Part shown: positions 63,453 through 64,000 of the stretch, piece after piece
How positions within the stretch are numbered: position 1 is the stretch's first letter
How the letters are laid out: each line of letters starts with the position of its first letter
From: Polymyxa betae A26-41
Taxonomy: Eukaryota; Protista; Endomyxa: Phytomyxea
Reading direction: 5' to 3'
NCBI GenBank assembly: GCA_003693705.1
Contig: RBZT01000781.1
Coordinates: forward strand, 93,510 to 157,509
DNA length: 64,000 bases
Notes under the pieces: generated by a model
The model's database searches: none
Told to the model about the DNA's origin: nothing
Seen by the model: only the letters and a program-made list of their open reading frames with translations
Translations under genes and position numbers: made by a program

Positions 63453-64000
63453 ATGGCACATGTTCCGATCAACAGCCGGATTGTCAAACCCGCTATTCTG
63501 TTTGTTTTGTTATTATTGTTATCATTCATATCAATTACCTTTTTCTTGTTGATGATCGAGTCGACTTAACTGGTCCTGCCGCAAGATGAATTGCAATTAG
63601 CTTTCAATCGCAGGAATGCACTTTGACTATGATGATTCCAGCGAAACTTTCATATTGTATGTTGAATTCTAAGCAGAAATAGGGTCTTTCGTCATACAAA
63701 GATAAGGATTGAGTTTTGTGTAGCCAGAACGAGCTTCATCATTGCCAATGAATGGCAAAATTCCTGGCTTTCTGCCAAGGCACTTAATTGAGAACATTCT
63801 TCACAGTTGGCCACCTACTGGCCGAGGCAGGATGGCCAACATTACAGTTACAAAAGACTTTCAGGATCTTCAAATCAACCCGAGATCTTGGTAAATTCAC
63901 TCCTATTCATGCAGTCAACCTCGTTAAACGACGATCGACATTAAGGTAACCAGTATGGTAAGAATCAACTCAACAATCGTTTGGACAATCGTAACCGACC
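63453..64000 (+). CDS. Possible 5' end of a multi-exon gene with an N-terminal membrane anchor, running off the window
   Basis: MAHVPINSRIVKPAILFVLLLLLSFISITFFLLMI followed by plausible short introns. Family not identifiable. Confidence 0.35.

Overview
Gene-dense eukaryotic chromosomal DNA with about 35 protein-coding genes in 64 kb. Most introns are short (about 45-60 nt, GT-AG) and several intergenic gaps are only 70-170 nt. Ciliary genes (WDR92, OSCP1, WDR47, Roadblock), a CE4 polysaccharide deacetylase and TTTTAGGG/TTAGGG motifs suggest a flagellate protist, possibly a plasmodiophorid/phytomyxid; this is inference only. Recognisable genes in order: PPIL2-type cyclophilin (5'-truncated), PAQR, PCBD, GEMIN2, ATP9/NEO1 flippase, DED1/DDX3, an F-box-like + CHORD-like orphan, TTI1, DPH2, Roadblock, RPL37, WDR92, OSCP1, an intronless Argonaute with intact DEDH, COG3, NOC2, an SLC25 carrier, a LAMTOR5-like gene, a CE4 deacetylase, a tandem-FYVE protein, eIF4G-like, WDR47, ARV1, URB1, RTF1, USP, JMJD7, MetRS, a secreted Asp/His-rich protein and TIM10. 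The most striking non-gene signal is a set of short mixed telomere-type tracts (TTAGGG/TTTAGGG/TTTTAGGG). They sit inside four ~50-nt introns (DPH2, NOC2, SLC25 carrier, MetRS) and in several promoter-proximal gaps. In three introns the C-rich strand is the sense strand, and in NOC2 and MetRS it supplies a CTAAC branch-point motif. Other oddities are a probable GA-AG intron in JMJD7, overlapping convergent CDSs (WDR47/ARV1), a PAM2 motif on eIF4G and a recurring GTGTCTATA/TATAGACAC palindrome. No rRNA, tRNA, CRISPR array or intact transposase was seen. All splice models were derived by hand and need RNA-seq confirmation.
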